Positions 1 to 14,292 of a DNA stretch of 64,000 nucleotides are shown piece by piece. Position 1 is the stretch's first letter. The number at the start of each line of letters is the position of its first letter. The translations under genes and the position numbers were made by a program. Origin of the DNA: Octopus vulgaris. Taxonomy: Eukaryota. The notes beneath the pieces are model-generated. The model was not told where the DNA came from. It searched no databases and saw only the letters and a list, made by a program, of their open reading frames with translations. The DNA lies in contig OX597834.1 in the NCBI GenBank assembly GCA_951406725.2, positions 43,958,001-44,022,000 on the forward strand, in the 5' to 3' direction.

Positions 1-559
1 TGTCCTTTTATAAATGTGACAATTGTTTACAGAGAGAGAGAGAGAGAGTGGGTAAGAGAGAGAGAGGGAGATAGAGAGAGAGGGAGAGATAGATAGAGAG
101 TGGGTGTGAGAGGGGAAAGGGGGAGAGTAGGAGGAGGACGAAATGAGATGGGAAGCACATTGGTGTTTCTAGCAGACCCAGCTGAACCCTAAACTCTCAA
201 AATCACCAAGTCTACCTTGGCTGTAAATAGGTATCAGAAAGTGACACACACACACATGCACACATGTGTGCAGCGTTGCACTGCTGACAGCAGCTGCTGC
301 CCAACAGCTACTCTGCATGCAGTGCATAATTGTTATTTGCTGATTTCAATTCAACCAAAGAGATACCAAAACCCCCCCCAAAAAAAAAGTTTTTTTTTAA
401 TTGCTTCTTCATAAGAAAGGAAGTTAAGCTCAAACTGTTCTGGATGTTTGCAAGGAAAGTAAGGATTAGGGGCCAGAGTTGAACAAGGTAATGGATTAAC
501 CCGTTAGTGTGCAGATTATGTGGCCACACGTAATGTTTATATGCTCATATTACCGTGCT

Positions 560-1005
560 GGTGACCCTTAAAAGGACACCAGTGTTGGTGACATGTAGAA
601 AGCCTTCCCATGCCAATGACATGTAAAAGGTACGTGTGCCAGTGACACGTACCCATACAAGTGAGGAGCGAGAGGTACTAGTGCCAGTGACGCACACAGA
701 AGGCATGGGTGAGAGTGACATGTGACAGTAAGAAGCGAGAGGCACCCATGCCAGTGATATATAAATGGCACCTGTGCCAGTGTGAAGCAAGGGGCCTCTG
801 TGCCAGTGAGAAGCACCTGTGCCAATGAGAAGCGAGAGGCACCCAGGTCAGTGACACATGACAGGCACTTGTGCCAGTAAGAAGCAAGAGGTACCCATGC
901 CAGTGACATATAAAAGGCACCTGTGCCAGTATGAAGCAAGAGGCCTCTGTGCCAGTGAGGAGAGGCACCTACACAGTGAGAAGTGAGAGGACCCCGTGCC
1001 AGTGA
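560..1005. repeat. Degenerate ~26-bp minisatellite (GTGCCAGTGAGAAGCAAGAGGCACCT-like)
   Basis: Repeated tgccagtg...ggcacc units, resembling the internal repeats of the (GAT)n-tailed retroposon (family E). Confidence 0.8.
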
Positions 1006-1126
1006 AAAGTGGAGTGGAGTAACATGAAATAAAGTGTCTTGTTCAAGAACACAACACAACACCAGAGAATTGAACTCACGACCTTGCAATCACAAGCCAA
1101 ACCCGCTAACCACCAGGTCATATGCC
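1005..1126 (-). mobile_element. tRNA-derived SINE family C, 5' fragment
   Basis: Reverse complement of the family C head (gtgttgtgttcttgaacaagacactttatttc), matching 63638-63760. Confidence 0.7.
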
Positions 1127-2481
1127 TTTACCCCTGACTCTTCAACAATTCCACCAACTTGCTTTACGTATGATGAGATTGGTCCCTTCGTCATATAACA
1201 CTTAATTACTCAGTCGTTAATTAGTCCTTTCAAACCAAATTACAGGCTTTATTATTCTGGCAACAACAAGGAACCAGATTTAGAATAAAGTCCAAGGAGC
1301 AGGCACCCCTATTTACGCAACAGCAAACCTTCGATGTTGATTGATCTATCGTGTTACCTTTGCTCCTCTTTATTTCAATGTATGTAGTTGTTGCTGTCAC
1401 CGCTGCAGGTTAAACCCTGGGTGAATCCTGACAGAGAACCATCAAGGGTATGGAGCAGGGTTACATAACCTAATGTGCCCTTTGTAGGGGAAAGACAATA
1501 AAGGTTTAATTTGATGAACATTTGGCTGTTATTTCCAGCAGGGTGACTGGCCATGTTGAAGCTCTTTGTGTGTTTGTGTGCATGTGTAGGGTTAGATTAC
1601 AACAGAATGATTTGTGTGTGTGTGTGTTCAAAACAGTATTTCTTTGTAAAGGTATATATGAAAGAGAATGTGTGCATGTGTGTGTGTGTGTGTGTTGTAT
1701 TTCTATCTATGTATGTGCATACGATTCTGTATATGTGTGTTTATGTGAATAGATAAGAATGAAAAGGTTTCCTCCTCCTACCTCTCCTCACACATTACTT
1801 TCCTCCTCCTCCTCCCCCTCCTAATCTTCTACTTCCAACCCCCCCCCCCACTCATATTTCCTTCCCCACGATCACTCAGCCCTCAACTCACAAAAACCTT
1901 TCACTGCTATTTCTGTACTTCTGGTGTTTGTTTTAGAATTCTAATTTTCCTTTACGGATTAAATAAAAAAACAAAAAGAAAAGAAAAGAAAAAAGAAAGA
2001 AAAAAAAATGTCTTCTCTAAAAATATATTTCATTAATTTTGTCCTTCCTTCCTTATCTCAATTGTTTTATCATTCAATTTCATTTCTTTATTAAAACTTT
2101 TATTTACGAAAACAACAACAAAAAAAAGAAGAATCTCCCCCCCCCTCCACTTTTGAAAAAGAAAATATTTAACACACACAAATTATAAATTAAATTACCC
2201 TTTTACATTATTAAAAGTTCTCAAGATTCCAATGTGTTTTTTTTTCTCTCTCCTCTCACAGCAGTCTTTCCAATCAATCATTTATTCATTTGTAGAGCCT
2301 TAATCAATCTGTCATTCCACTTCTATCCTATCAGAGTCCTGACTCACACTGAGCCAGAGTCACCTTGTTCTCCTCACTCTGTTTATTCGAGTCATCCTGA
2401 CTCGACTCATTCCGCTAAAGTCACCCTGCTCTACCTCAGTCTGTTCAGGACACTTTGTCCTGAACCAATTTGGCACCAGCC

Positions 2482-2935
2482 TAACCCTTTTAATACCGAA
2501 TGGCTCAAGACCATTCATGGACCTATGATACAAACTCCCAATTCTAAAGAGAATTAAACTAAAACCTTCTGAAAAAATTCCATTTTAATTTATGTCCTAA
2601 ATTTCAGTTTAATAATGGATAAAGTTATTTTAAGTAAATTCTTCGTTATTACCAAAATTAATTGAAACAAAGGGTGTGCAAAAAAGGAGCACTAGAAATG
2701 GTGCCATGTTAAAAGCACCCAGCACACATTGGAACATGGCTGACGTTGGGAAGGGCCTTCAGCTGTAGAAACCATGCCAAATCAGTCTGGAACTTGGTAC
2801 AGCTCTCCAACTTGCTAGCACTAGTCAAACCATCAAACCCTATGCCGGCATGGAAAACAAATACTAAAGGATGATGGTGATGAAAGGCAGTGTTTGGTAA
2901 TGAATTGGCAGGAATTTGGTAATGAAAGGATTAAC
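2482..2935. mobile_element. piggyBac-like MITE remnant interrupted by a family E retroposon (~2700-2883)
   Basis: Starts taacccttttaatacc, ends gaaaggattaa; related reverse pieces at ~13240-13302 and ~16020-16290. Confidence 0.45.
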
Positions 2936-3063
2936 CCTCAAACTCTCTGATTCTCTATTGCTATGTCCCAATTAGACAATCAAACCTTGCCCATGCAGTT
3001 CATTTCCAAAATCCTTATCTGCTTGATTATGCTGGAGCCAGTTTATTTGAGTAAGAATCAGCT

Positions 3064-3480
3064 TGTCTGAGCCAGCACTAATCATCTTGTTTGAGCCAGC
3101 GATCATCATCATGTCTAAGCCAGCACTTGTCATCATGTCTGAGCCAGCACTCATCATCATGTCTGAGCCAGCACTCGTCATCATGTCTGAGCCAGCACTC
3201 GTCATCATGTCTGAGCCAGTACTCGTCATCATGTCTGAGCCAGTACTCGTCATCATGTCTGAGCCAGTACTCGTCATCATGTCTGAGCCAGCACTCGTCA
3301 TCATGTCTGAGCCAGCACTCGTCATCATGTTTGGACCATTGCTCATAATCCTGTTTGAGCCATTGTTCATAATCTTGTTTGAATCAGTGCTCATCATCCT
3401 ATAAAGGCCATCACACATCATCCTTTTTGAGCCATTGCTCGTCATCCTGCTTGAGCCATTGCTCATCATTCCTGTTTGAA
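3064..3480. repeat. 24-bp minisatellite (GAGCCAGCACTCGTCATCATGTCT), ~17 units
   Basis: Near-identical central units with degenerate flanks; explains the MSEPALVI and MMTSAGSD repeat ORFs. Confidence 0.95.
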
Positions 3481-4513
3481 CTAGCAGCTGTTAACCTGTA
3501 TCCAAGCTAGAAGCCACAAATGTGCCTTGTGTTGATCCCCATGAGCCTGTGTATTGAAAGTCCAGCTAAAATCCCTCTTCCTATCTAAAGCATATTGTTT
3601 ACACCAATGCTGGTCATCTTGTCGAAGCCAGTAGCCAGTGCTTGAGCCGATGTCCATCTTCCTATTCAACTGAGCCAGGAGCCACCAGCCTGAGTCAGCA
3701 TCGGTTTGTCTGTCTGTGCAAACTCATGCTGCCTGTCCAAGGCAACATTTATTTGCCTACACGAAGAGACATTCTGTTTGCCCATCCAAGCCAAATTGCA
3801 TGTCGAGAAGTGGAGGGAGCAGCTGGAGTGATAGGAGGAGGAGGAGGAGGAGTAGTAGTAGCAGCAATAATAATATTGCTGTAGTAGCAATAGTAGTAGG
3901 GGGAGGATGTGCTAATATGTTGTAGAAGTGGTAGACACAGAAATAACAGTAGTAGTAGTAGTAGTAGCAGCAGCAGCAGAGGCAATTCTAGCTTTTCATG
4001 TTGCTGCTGCTGCTGCTGCTGGTGATGACGATGATGATGATGATGGCAGTAACCTTCATTTCTACAGTTTAATTAATTTCTATTTCCATCAAAATATCAC
4101 TCTAATCCTCCTTTACACCCCCATCCTTCCTCCACTGTCACCACCACCACCACCGCCACCACCACCATCAGCATCATCATCACCCATTCACCATCAACTC
4201 CACTATGATCTCTCTACACACGACCAGCATCACCATCGATGATAAAACCACCACTGCCACCACCACCACAGCCACCACAGCCACCACCACCACCACCACC
4301 GTCACTGCTGCTGCTGCTGCTGCCACCACCTCTGTCGGCACCATAACTGCAAATGCCATCATCACCGTCATCGTCATCATCGTCATCGCAGCCAACACAA
4401 CTCAAAATGATTAAATCCGTGTTTTTTGTTGTTGTCTGAGAAATGAAACCAATTCATTGATTACTTTCGTTTCTGAACAACTGGAGTGTGGTGGGGGTGG
4501 GGGTGGTAGTGGT

Positions 4514-4546
<33 letters not shown>

Positions 4547-4999
4547 GGGGAGAATGAGAGAGACAGGGCAAGTGAACGATGGTAATGAAAGTGGTTAATA
4601 ACAGCAGTAGTGGTGGTAGGCTGTGGTGGTAGTGATGGCTACAAGATAAAGATTGTAGTACCAACACTCATTGTTGTTGCAGTGGTAGCAATTGTGTTGT
4701 TGTGGTTATACTAGAAACAGTGGTGGATGTAGTTGCTTTGATGACAGAAGCTGTGGTAGTTGTGTATAATGGTGACAGTAGTGGCTGTGGTAGAGGTGGT
4801 ACCTGTGGTAATTTAGTGGTAGTGGTGTTTAAGATGGTTGTAGTAGTTTAACCTCAAGCCAGCTGCAATCAAATAGGCCAATGATCAAAGCTTTTCAGCC
4901 ATGATGATCCAGTCTTGGAAAGACAAAGTGTATCTAGGACTACTTCAACCAATGTTTTTTCTCTCCTTCAAAATGCAATTGTCACTGCTAAAACATCCG

Positions 5000-5300
5000 A
5001 ACGTGGCCGATGTCAGCAACGCCTTGACTGGCTTCTGTGCCAGTGGCACGTAAAAAGCACCAACTGATTGAGGGCACTGTCAGCCTACCCTGGCACCTGT
5101 GCCAGTGGCACATAAAAAGCACCCACTACACTCACGGAGTGGTTGGCATTAGGAAGGGCATCCAGCTGTAAAAACACTGCCAGATCAGACTGGAGCCTGG
5201 TGCAGCCACCTGGCTTCCCAGACCCCAGTCGAACCATCCAACCCATGCTAGCATGGAAAGCGGATGTTAAACGATGATGATGATGATGATGATGATGATG
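5000..5300 (+). mobile_element. (GAT)n-tailed retroposon, family E
   Basis: Block tggttggcattaggaagggcatccagctgta...aacccatgctagcatggaaagcggatgttaaac(gat)n recurs at ~2700-2883, 5750-5940, 13990-14167, 25110-25260, 35765-35856, 62735-62858 (+) and 18128-18405, 19525-19885, 27650-27870, 38882-39128 (-). Confidence 0.8.
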
Positions 5301-6037
5301 ACACTATTTGATGTAGTCCTAGATGCATTATGTCCACTGTCATGAACTGAGTGAGTGGTAAAGAAGCTCATTCACAGTCACAAGGACCTGGTTTCAATAC
5401 CCGTGTGCTGCACCTTGCACAGGTGTGTTTGACAAAGCTTCAGCTCAGCTGAAGTCCTGTGAGTGAAATTAGATGGAAGGAAACTGTGAGGAAGCCCGTC
5501 AACTGGACTGCACCAGTAAGCCAAGGGTCCAGTTTTGGTGCCACATAGAAAGGACTAGTGCTGGTGCCATGTGAAAAAGCACTGGTGCAGGTTCCACAAA
5601 AAAGGCACCCATGCTGGAGCCTTGTACAAAAGCATTGGAGGATGGTGCAGCATAAAAAGCACTAATACAGGTGACACATGTATAGCAGTAGTGCTGGTGC
5701 CACAGGTGAAGGACTTGTGCTGGTCATACATATAAAGCATCCATCCATGCTGGTGCAATGTGAAAAGCACCCAGTACGCTCTGTACTGTAGCCGGCATTA
5801 AGCAGGACATCCTGCCATAGAACTCACACCATAACAGACGAGTGGTACCTGGTGCAGCTCTCGGCTTACCTGCCACTGTCAAATCATCCAACCCATACCA
5901 GCACGGAAAATAGACATTAAATGATGTTGATGATGATGATTGAGGTATGGGAATAATGTCCAAGGTAAATCAGTTGCTTATGGTTAATTGAACATCTACA
6001 GTCATTTGCCTAAATGATTGATTGCTTATTCTTTTAT

Positions 6038-6391
6038 TCTTTTGTCTGTTTCAGTCATTTGACTGTGGCCATGCTGGAGCATCGCCTTTAGTCGAGCAAA
6101 TCGACTGCAAAACTTATTCCTTGTAAGCTTAGTACTTATTCTATTGGGCTTACCGAACCGCTAAGTTTAGGGGACGTAAACACACCAGCATCGGCTGTCA
6201 AGCGACGTTGGAGGGGACAAACACACACGCACAAACATATACACACACATACATATATATATACATATATACGACGGGCTTCTTTCAGTTTCCATCTACG
6301 AAATCCACTCACAAGGCTTTGGTCGGCCCGAGGCTATAGTAGAAGGCACTTGCCCAAGGTGCTACGTAGTGGGACTGAACCTGGAACCATG
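6038..6391 (-). mobile_element. tRNA-derived SINE family A, 5'-truncated
   Basis: Reverse complement of the full-length copy at 61859-62240. Confidence 0.85.
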
Positions 6392-6814
6392 ATGATGGAT
6401 TCATGTGCAGATGGAAGATAGAAGGATTGTTGCTGGGACTGTTTGATCCTACCTCTGCTTGCTGCACACAGGCGAACATCAACAACAACCACAACATAAC
6501 TGAGCCATACGTCTTCTATCCAGCTGTGTCATACAACTTCTAAGTACACACACACACATACAGGGAAGAGACAGAAATATGCATACATGGATGTGAATGC
6601 TGAATCTGTGTGTGTATGTGTGTGTGTTTGTAAATATGTATGTGTACACAAACAGACGTGTGTTACTGTAACACACACAAACAACAGTGGGAAGAGCAGG
6701 AAGAATAGATTAAAAGTGGTTGTGTGTGTGTGTATGAAGGTGTGTATGTGTGAATGAGTATACACATACTATGCAGCATGTGTGAAAATTAATAATAATA
6801 ATAATAATAACAAT

Positions 6815-7363
6815 GTCATGATGTAGTACCAGGCAGTGGTTCTCATGGCTTCTGATCTTAACTGATTGGAAGTGTTATCATGTACATTGTTTTGTCTTGG
6901 TATAAAAGATGGCCTAAGAAGCAAATATTCTGCACAATACCACAGATTTGCTTGTCAGTTGTTTGACCATAACCAGTTGAGCATGTCCCTTAGTGGGTGA
7001 CGATATGTGCATCTCTGATCACGAGCAGAAGTAGTGGGGGAGCATCATAGCCATGTGTTGAGAGGGATTCTTTGGGGTTTGAATAATGCATCTCTGGAAA
7101 CATTCGTCCAACATCCTTAAGCAACCCTTATTCAGGGACCTTTTCAGTGGGATGGGTTACTCGACCAGAAGAAAATTCTAACTGGGCCCCCGTCTACAAG
7201 GTCATGCACTGTTTATCTTGATATGAGGTCACCATATCACGCACATATGGTTGTGATGCATGTGCCTGGTGTACCCTTTTCAGACGGGTAGTCATGATGG
7301 GTATAGTGGGTTTCGTATATTTTACCCCAGTGTCACTTTGATGGCATACACTGATCTCTCACA
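6815..7363 (+). mobile_element. Retroposon 3' portion inserted in an (AAT)n tract (family F, possibly Dong/R4-type)
   Basis: Shares its 3' ~300 bp with 56985-57292; (AAT)n on both sides; internal fragment at ~26696-26850. Confidence 0.65.
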
Positions 7364-8067
7364 CATGAACAGTAATAATAATGATGACGATGATGATAAA
7401 AGTAATAGAAATAATTATCAAAGTAAAAAAAGGAGTTCACCCCAAGCCCAAACCAACCAGAAAAGCACTGGTGCTGGAACCACACAAAGCCCACCCCCAC
7501 CCAAGCCCAACCAATGATCCATCAAATTAGAATGATTTTGTCGATTTCTTGTATTAATCAAAGACCAACAGCTAATACACTGATTGGCAGGTGGGAATGT
7601 GTATATATAAATATGTAGATAATGTATATAAATATATGTATGTATGTATATATATCTGTAAAAATGCATATATTTGTATACATACACACCCATGTACAGT
7701 GTAGATGCATACACACACACACACGTACATCTATAAGTATGGAGTAATTAAAGTCAGTCAGAAAACGAGAAAGATAACCACAACAACCAATTCCAAGTTC
7801 GCTGGAGAGAAACAAAGAACAATTAATAATACAGTGGTAGTTAGGTAACCCAGCCCTTCCCCCCACCAATGCCACCATCGCCACCCCAACCCACCCCAAA
7901 CGCCGAAATGGTAATTAAAGTTTGTCACATAACAACAGCTTAGCTATGTTTGAGGGAACACTGATTAAAAACGTGGATCTTTCATTCTACTCCCTCCACA
8001 ACTGCTGCGCTAAGACAAATATTGAAAATATATATACGCCAGCTTTTCTCACATATCTCTCTCACCC

Positions 8068-8358
8068 ATATATATATATAATGTGTATCTATGCATATAT
8101 ATATACATATATATGCATATATACATATGTATATATATGCATAAATACATATACATATACGCATAAATATATATGCATATATACATATACATATATGCAT
8201 AGATATATATACATATATATGCATATATACATATAAATATGTATATATATGTAAAAATATGCATATAGACACATATATATATGCATCTATATGTGTATAA
8301 GCATATATATATAGCATCTATATGTGTATAAGCATATATATATATATATACATACAAG

Positions 8359-8390
<32 letters not shown>

Positions 8391-8436
8391 TACAGACACA
8401 CATGCATACACACACACACACACATATATATATATC
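8068..8436. repeat. (TA)n/(CA)n-rich low-complexity tract
   Basis: Direct inspection. Confidence 0.9.
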
Positions 8437-9183
8437 AATCTGGTTGTATGAAAAGTTTGGTTTGTAATTAGGTGGTTCTAATCCAACTGAATATTATCTT
8501 GAGCAAGTATCTTAGCATCTTCTTCTCATGTTGAACAAATATCTAAGGATCTGGCAGTTGGAAACTGTACAGAAGTCTCTCACACGAATATTTATTCAGC
8601 TGAAAGGAGGATTTTATGGGCATGAAAATAGTGACCATTAATTGAAATCAGACTCAAGACTAGTGTAGAGTGAGACATTTGAAATAATTTTGTTGATAGT
8701 GACTTCAAAGCTTTGCTGGTCATAAGCCTTGGCAGTCTGATGAGAATGAGTGGTGGGACATCGAAGTCACTGACAACGTTTTAAAATATATGAATACAAG
8801 TCGGGATGTGTTGGTGCTACGTAGTTTCCCTTCATGTTTGTAACTTAGCAGTTCAACAAAGACAGATTAATAAAAGAAAAGGAAGTACCTTTATGAGAAT
8901 AAACACTGGAGCCGAGATAATTGACCAAAATTCTTGAAGGCAGCAACAACAAACAAGGTAAGGACAAATAGCCGTCAAATGTAAATAATGTAAATAGAGT
9001 AGGACATAATCAGATTTTAGCATAAAGCCACTGACCTCTACCTTCCATTTCCCGGTACCTTTGTCTTGGCAGTGGGAGCGTTTTCCACGTCCCGTGTCTT
9101 TGCTCTTTTTCTGTCTTACAAGTTACACGACAACCTCACTGGTGTTGGTGGCATGAATAAAGCACCCAGCACACTTTGTAAGG

Positions 9184-9390
9184 AGCATGGCTCAGTGGTT
9201 AGAATATAGGGCTCATAGTCATGAGGTAGTGGGTTCGATTCTCGGACCGGGCTGCGTGTTGTGTTCTTGAGCAACACACTTTATTCCATGTTGCTCCACC
9301 TTTATCGGCCCCTTTGCCTTTCCCTTGGATAACATCGGTGATGTGGAGAGGGGAGGCTGGTATCCATGGGTGACTGATGGTCATCCATAA
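9184..9390 (+). mobile_element. tRNA-derived SINE family C, internally deleted
   Basis: A box tggctcagtgg, B box ggttcgattct; body matches 18674-19008. Confidence 0.8.
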
Positions 9391-9482
9391 ATAGCCAGTG
9401 GATTCATATAAAGCTAGAAAAGTAGTGGACAGGGCAGGACGTGCCCTCGTCCGTGAGAGGATCCATTACAAAAAAAGAGACA

Positions 9483-9684
9483 CTCTTTTACTTGTTTCAG
9501 TCATTTGACCGTGGCCATGCTGGAGCACCACCTTTAGTCGTGCAAATCGACCACAGGACTTATTCTTTGTAAGCCTAGTACTTATGCTATTGGTCTCTTT
9601 TGCCAAACCGCTAAGTTACGGAGACATAAACACACCAGCATCGTTTGTCAAGCGATGTTGGGGGGGACAAACACAGACACACAA

Positions 9685-9725
<41 letters not shown>

Positions 9726-9886
9726 ACAGGCTTCCTTCAGTTTTTGTCTACCAAATCCACTCACAAGTTTTTGGTCGACCCGAGGCTAAAGTAGAAGACA
9801 CTTGCCCAAGGTGTCACGCAGTGGGACTGAACCCAGAGCCATGTGGTTCGTAAGCAAGCCACTTACAACACAGCCACTCCTACACC
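9483..9886 (-). mobile_element. tRNA-derived SINE family A, full length
   Basis: Complete reverse-strand match to 61859-62240, including the internal (TA)n(TG)n tract. Confidence 0.9.
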
Positions 9887-10930
9887 TAGAACCAGACATA
9901 AACAACCTTGTCCGGACTTGTGCATCAGAGAAAAATCCGATGGTCATTCATTTTTACACTCTGTAAAGTGTTTGGTGTTAGGAAGGGCAAACAGCCATAG
10001 AGAGCATGCTAAGGACGATACTGGAGTTTGAGACTGGCCCTGTAACTTGCTGGTTTCCTGTGAAACTGTCCTACCCACCATGTGTGAATGGGGACCAGAC
10101 GTTAAGTCATAGTGATGAAGTTAACAGGAAACTCTTCCATAGGCCCCACATCACATGGCACAGATGTGAGGAGTCATTCATCCATGCACAACAGCGGTAG
10201 AACGGTGAAAGTTATAAATACATATACAGACAGACATGCACACATCTCTGTATCTATCTATATATATATATATATACACACTCACACACACACAGGTGCA
10301 AACACATATAAACAAGTAGCCAGGAGAGAGAGAGAGGTAAAGGGTGAAAGAAGATGGTGAGAGGTAGAAGGAGAGAAATGTAAAGGGAGAGATAGAGAGA
10401 GAGATAAGAGAGAGAGAGAGGTAAAGGGCGAAAGAGGAAAACGGTGAGAGGTAGAGAAATGTGAAGAGAGAGAGAGAGATAGAAGCAGACAGAGGGAGGT
10501 AAAGGGAGAGATAGATAGATAGAGAGAGGGAGAGATAGATAGATAGAGAGAGAGAGAGTGAGATAGACAGATAGAGGTAAAGGGTGAAAGAGGTGGATGG
10601 AGAGGTGGAGTGAGACACTGTAAGATTTATTACACAGCCACCATGTTATATCTATCCAATAATTTTAATTAACAGATTGCCAATTTTTACTATTTCCTTG
10701 TTGGTTTTCCACTGTTGTCTTTATACACACACACACATCTTCTACCATTCTTTACATTCACCACCACCGCCGCCGCCGCCATCACCTCCCCAGTACACTC
10801 CCTTCTATTTCCAGCATTCATCATCAGGTGAAAATTAATTAAAGATACTACGCCTTACCTCTAGTATTAAGATTTCACAGAGGTTTTTGATAATTGTTTG
10901 AAAACTTCTTGCTTTTTGGCTTCAGCACAT

Positions 10931-10969
<39 letters not shown>

Positions 10970-11817
10970 ATGTGTATGTGTGTGTGTATGTGTATGTATG
11001 TGTATATGAGTGTGTGTATATGTATGTGAGTGCAAGTGAGAGAAAGACAGAAAGAAAGAAAGAAAGAACCAGTCCATCTGTAAGAGTGAGAAACAGGATG
11101 AGAGTGTGTCTGTGAGTGTATATGAATGTACGTATACGTGTGTGTATATATATATAAAGGTATATATGTTCATATGTAGTTGTAAAGAGAGAGAGAAAGA
11201 GAGAACTTTCGTTGTGTCTCTCTGTGTATATATGTGAGTGTATATATATGTGTGTGTGTGTACACTTGTAAATTCAAACACAAACAAAATAATCACCATG
11301 TATGTATGTATATAAAGTAGTTCCAATATATGTGTATGCTTGTATGTGAATGAGTATACATACATGCATATGTATGTATATATATATATATATATGTGGT
11401 TGTAAAGATTCCTTTTAATCTATGCAATAACAAAGATACAACTGGGTGTATATGATGTGTATGCAAACATAAATTAAATCAGACCACAATGTCAGAAATA
11501 ATTAACCAACTTAATTTAAAACGAATTAAATAAGCAGAAACAAAAGCAACAACAACAAGAAATCCAACAACAAAGAATCAATGGGAGAAACTATGCGCCG
11601 CCCTCCCAGTTTAATTTGCTAGAAATAGCAGCCAAATCTCATTCAAATCTTCTATTTTCTGTTCATCTCTTCATGCTCTAACTGCCCACCTGACACAAAG
11701 CTACCTTCCTTGGTACCACTCTTTGACACAGGTGAGGGTGTCTAGGCTTGTAAATTATCTGGCGACCTCACTGATGCTGGTGCCACATAAAAAGCACACA
11801 GTATACTTCTGTAAGTG

Positions 11818-12103
11818 CAGGCACATGGCCTAGAGGTTAGAGCAGCGGACTCGCAGTCGACGGATTGCGGGTTTGAATCTTAGACCGGGAAATGTGTGTT
11901 TATGAGCGAAACACCTAAGCTCCACGCAGCTCCGGCAGAAGGTAATGGCGAAACTTCCGCTGACTCTTTTGCCACAACTTTTTCTCATTCTTTCCTCCTG
12001 CATCTTGCAGCTCACCTGCGATGGACTGGCGTTCTGTCCAGGTGGGGAACCTATACGCCAAGGAAACCGGAAAAAACTGTCCCTTGAGAAGGAACAAACA
12101 ACA
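11818..12103 (+). mobile_element. tRNA-derived SINE family D
   Basis: A box tggcctagagg, B box ggtttgaatct, (caa)n tail; inverted sibling at 14893-15183. Confidence 0.85.
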
Positions 12104-12449
12104 ATAGTTCTGTAAAGTGATTGACATATTAGGGAGGGCATCCAGCTGGAGAAGAAATGCCAAAGTAGACAGAAGAGTATGGCACAGTCTCTAAACTTGT
12201 CAGTTCCTGCCAAGCCATCTAACCCATGCCAGCATGGAAAACAGGTGTTAAACAATGATGCCAATGCCGGTGATGGCCAGGACTGGAACATTTTTGAATT
12301 TAGGTCAGCTGGACCTAAAATTAATAAAGTATTTAGTAAAATAACTTCTTCGTTATTAAGCTGGGGTCCGGAACAAATTAGCATAAAATTTTGTTGGAGG
12401 ATTATAATTAACTCTTTTAGTGTTGATCTGTTAAATGTTATAATGCTTA

Positions 12450-13051
12450 CTCTTTGACTTGTTTCAGTCATTTGACTGTGGTCATGCTGGAGCACCGCCT
12501 TTAGTCGAGCAAATCGACCCCAGGACTTATTCTTTGTAAGCCTGGCACTTATTCTATCGATCTCTTTTGCTGAACCTATTTCTTTACTACCCACAAGGGG
12601 CTAAACACAGACAGGACAAACATGAACAGACAAACGGAGTAAGTTTATTATATCGATCCCAGTGCGTAACTGGTACTTATTTAATTGACTCCGAAAGAAT
12701 AAAAGTCGACCTCGGTGGAATTTGAACTCAGAACGTAATGGCAGACGAAATACCGCAAAGCATTTCGCCCGGCATGCTAACGTTTCTGAACTGCTAACAC
12801 ACCAGCATTGGTTGTCAAGCGATGTTGTGGGGACAAACACAGACACACAAACATACCCACATACACACACATATATATATACATATATATGACGGGCTTC
12901 TTTCAGTTTCTGTCTACCATATCCACTCACAAGGCTTTGGTTGGCCCGAGGCTATAGTAGAAGACAATTGCCCAAGGTGCCACGCAGTGGGACTGAACCT
13001 GGAACCATGTGGTTGGTAAACAAGCTACTTACTACACAGCCACTCCTACGC
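12450..13051 (-). mobile_element. SINE family A with a nested family B copy (~12578-12786)
   Basis: Family A is split at ...gctgaac | tgctaac... by a reverse-strand family B body. Confidence 0.8.
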
Positions 13052-14292
13052 TTATTTATTCTTACTGTTTTGAATTATTCCTGAATTACCACATAGCTTC
13101 AAGATACTGATGCAGCAGTAGTTTATTTTTAGAATGGCATTGCAGGGTAGGTGTGAGAGGCCGAATGTGGTCAGTTTGAATATAAAACAGGTAGAAGATT
13201 TTGGCCACATGTGGATGATTTTAATGTTAACAAAAGGATTAAAACAGCAAGTTTGTATCATAGAACCTGGGGTGGTCTCAGGCAGGTTGGTATGAAAAGG
13301 GTCGAAAGGTCTTTAATATGGCACAACAGAGCTCCATCATGGCCTAAGAAACCTCAATTGTGAGCAATATTGTGTGTACGAGGGTGGGGGTATAGTTGAC
13401 AGGTTTTTACATCCATCACGGCTTATCTGTGAAACAAAGCCAAATTGGAAAATAAACAAAGAAAAAAGAAAAAGCAAACCTTTCCGAAAATGTTCCAACA
13501 TCTCAGCCTCAAGTGCACAATCAGAAATGTTGGCACGGATCCACCGAAAAAAAAAGATAAATGATGCCTTAATTGAAATACACAAACATTTTATCTCAAA
13601 TGGGGTTCCGAGAACATTTTTGTTTCTAGAAAGATCTTATCCTTGATTTTGATCTTAGCAATTATTTTTGACTGACTTAGATTAAATTTGGTAGAATCTG
13701 ATTAATGAGAGTAAAGAATAAACTGCTTCTGGAAAAATTTATCTAAGTTCTATGTACTTCACCCCCACCCCCTCGCCCCCACCGACTCCATCATGGAAAT
13801 AAAACAATCACAGTGAACAAATACGAGAGCTCATAGACAGTCAGACAAAATGCAAGAAATAGCAGCCAGTTCTCATTTAAACCACACTTTACTTGCTTAA
13901 AAATGGAAGGGTATATTCAGAAATGTTGTCTTGGATGCATTGTCCGAAAAGAGAGGAAGGGAAGCGCCACTGGTAAAAAGCAGTGGTGATGGTGTCACAT
14001 GAAAAGCACCTGGGACATTCTGCAAAGAGTTTGGCATTCGGAAGAGCATCCAGTTGTTGGAACCATGCATGGACGATGGAACCTGGTACAGCTCCTGGCC
14101 TTACCACTCTCGGTCAAACCATCCAACCCATGCCAGCATGGAAAACAGACACTAAATGATGATGATGAAAGTCATGGTAGCAGAACCTTTGGTCATAGGC
14201 CTGTTTAGAGCTAACTCGGGGCTAAATGACAACAACAACAACAGCAATAACAACAGTTAGAATGAATGAGACTCTCAGCACTCTTTAAATCT

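Noticed and set aside
3064-3480. CRISPR-like array
   Set aside because: Head-to-tail tandem units with no unique spacers, in a eukaryotic context. The 29-bp array at 30188 fails for the same reason.
8695-8778. Hammerhead-like cagtCTGATGAg...cGAAgtcactg on the plus strand
   Set aside because: It lacks the GAAA/helix III nucleotides, and gaagtcact is explained by an inverted repeat with agtgacttc at ~8698.
11830-12594. 254-aa minus-strand ORF
   Set aside because: It runs across family A, family E and family D repeats; a chance open frame.
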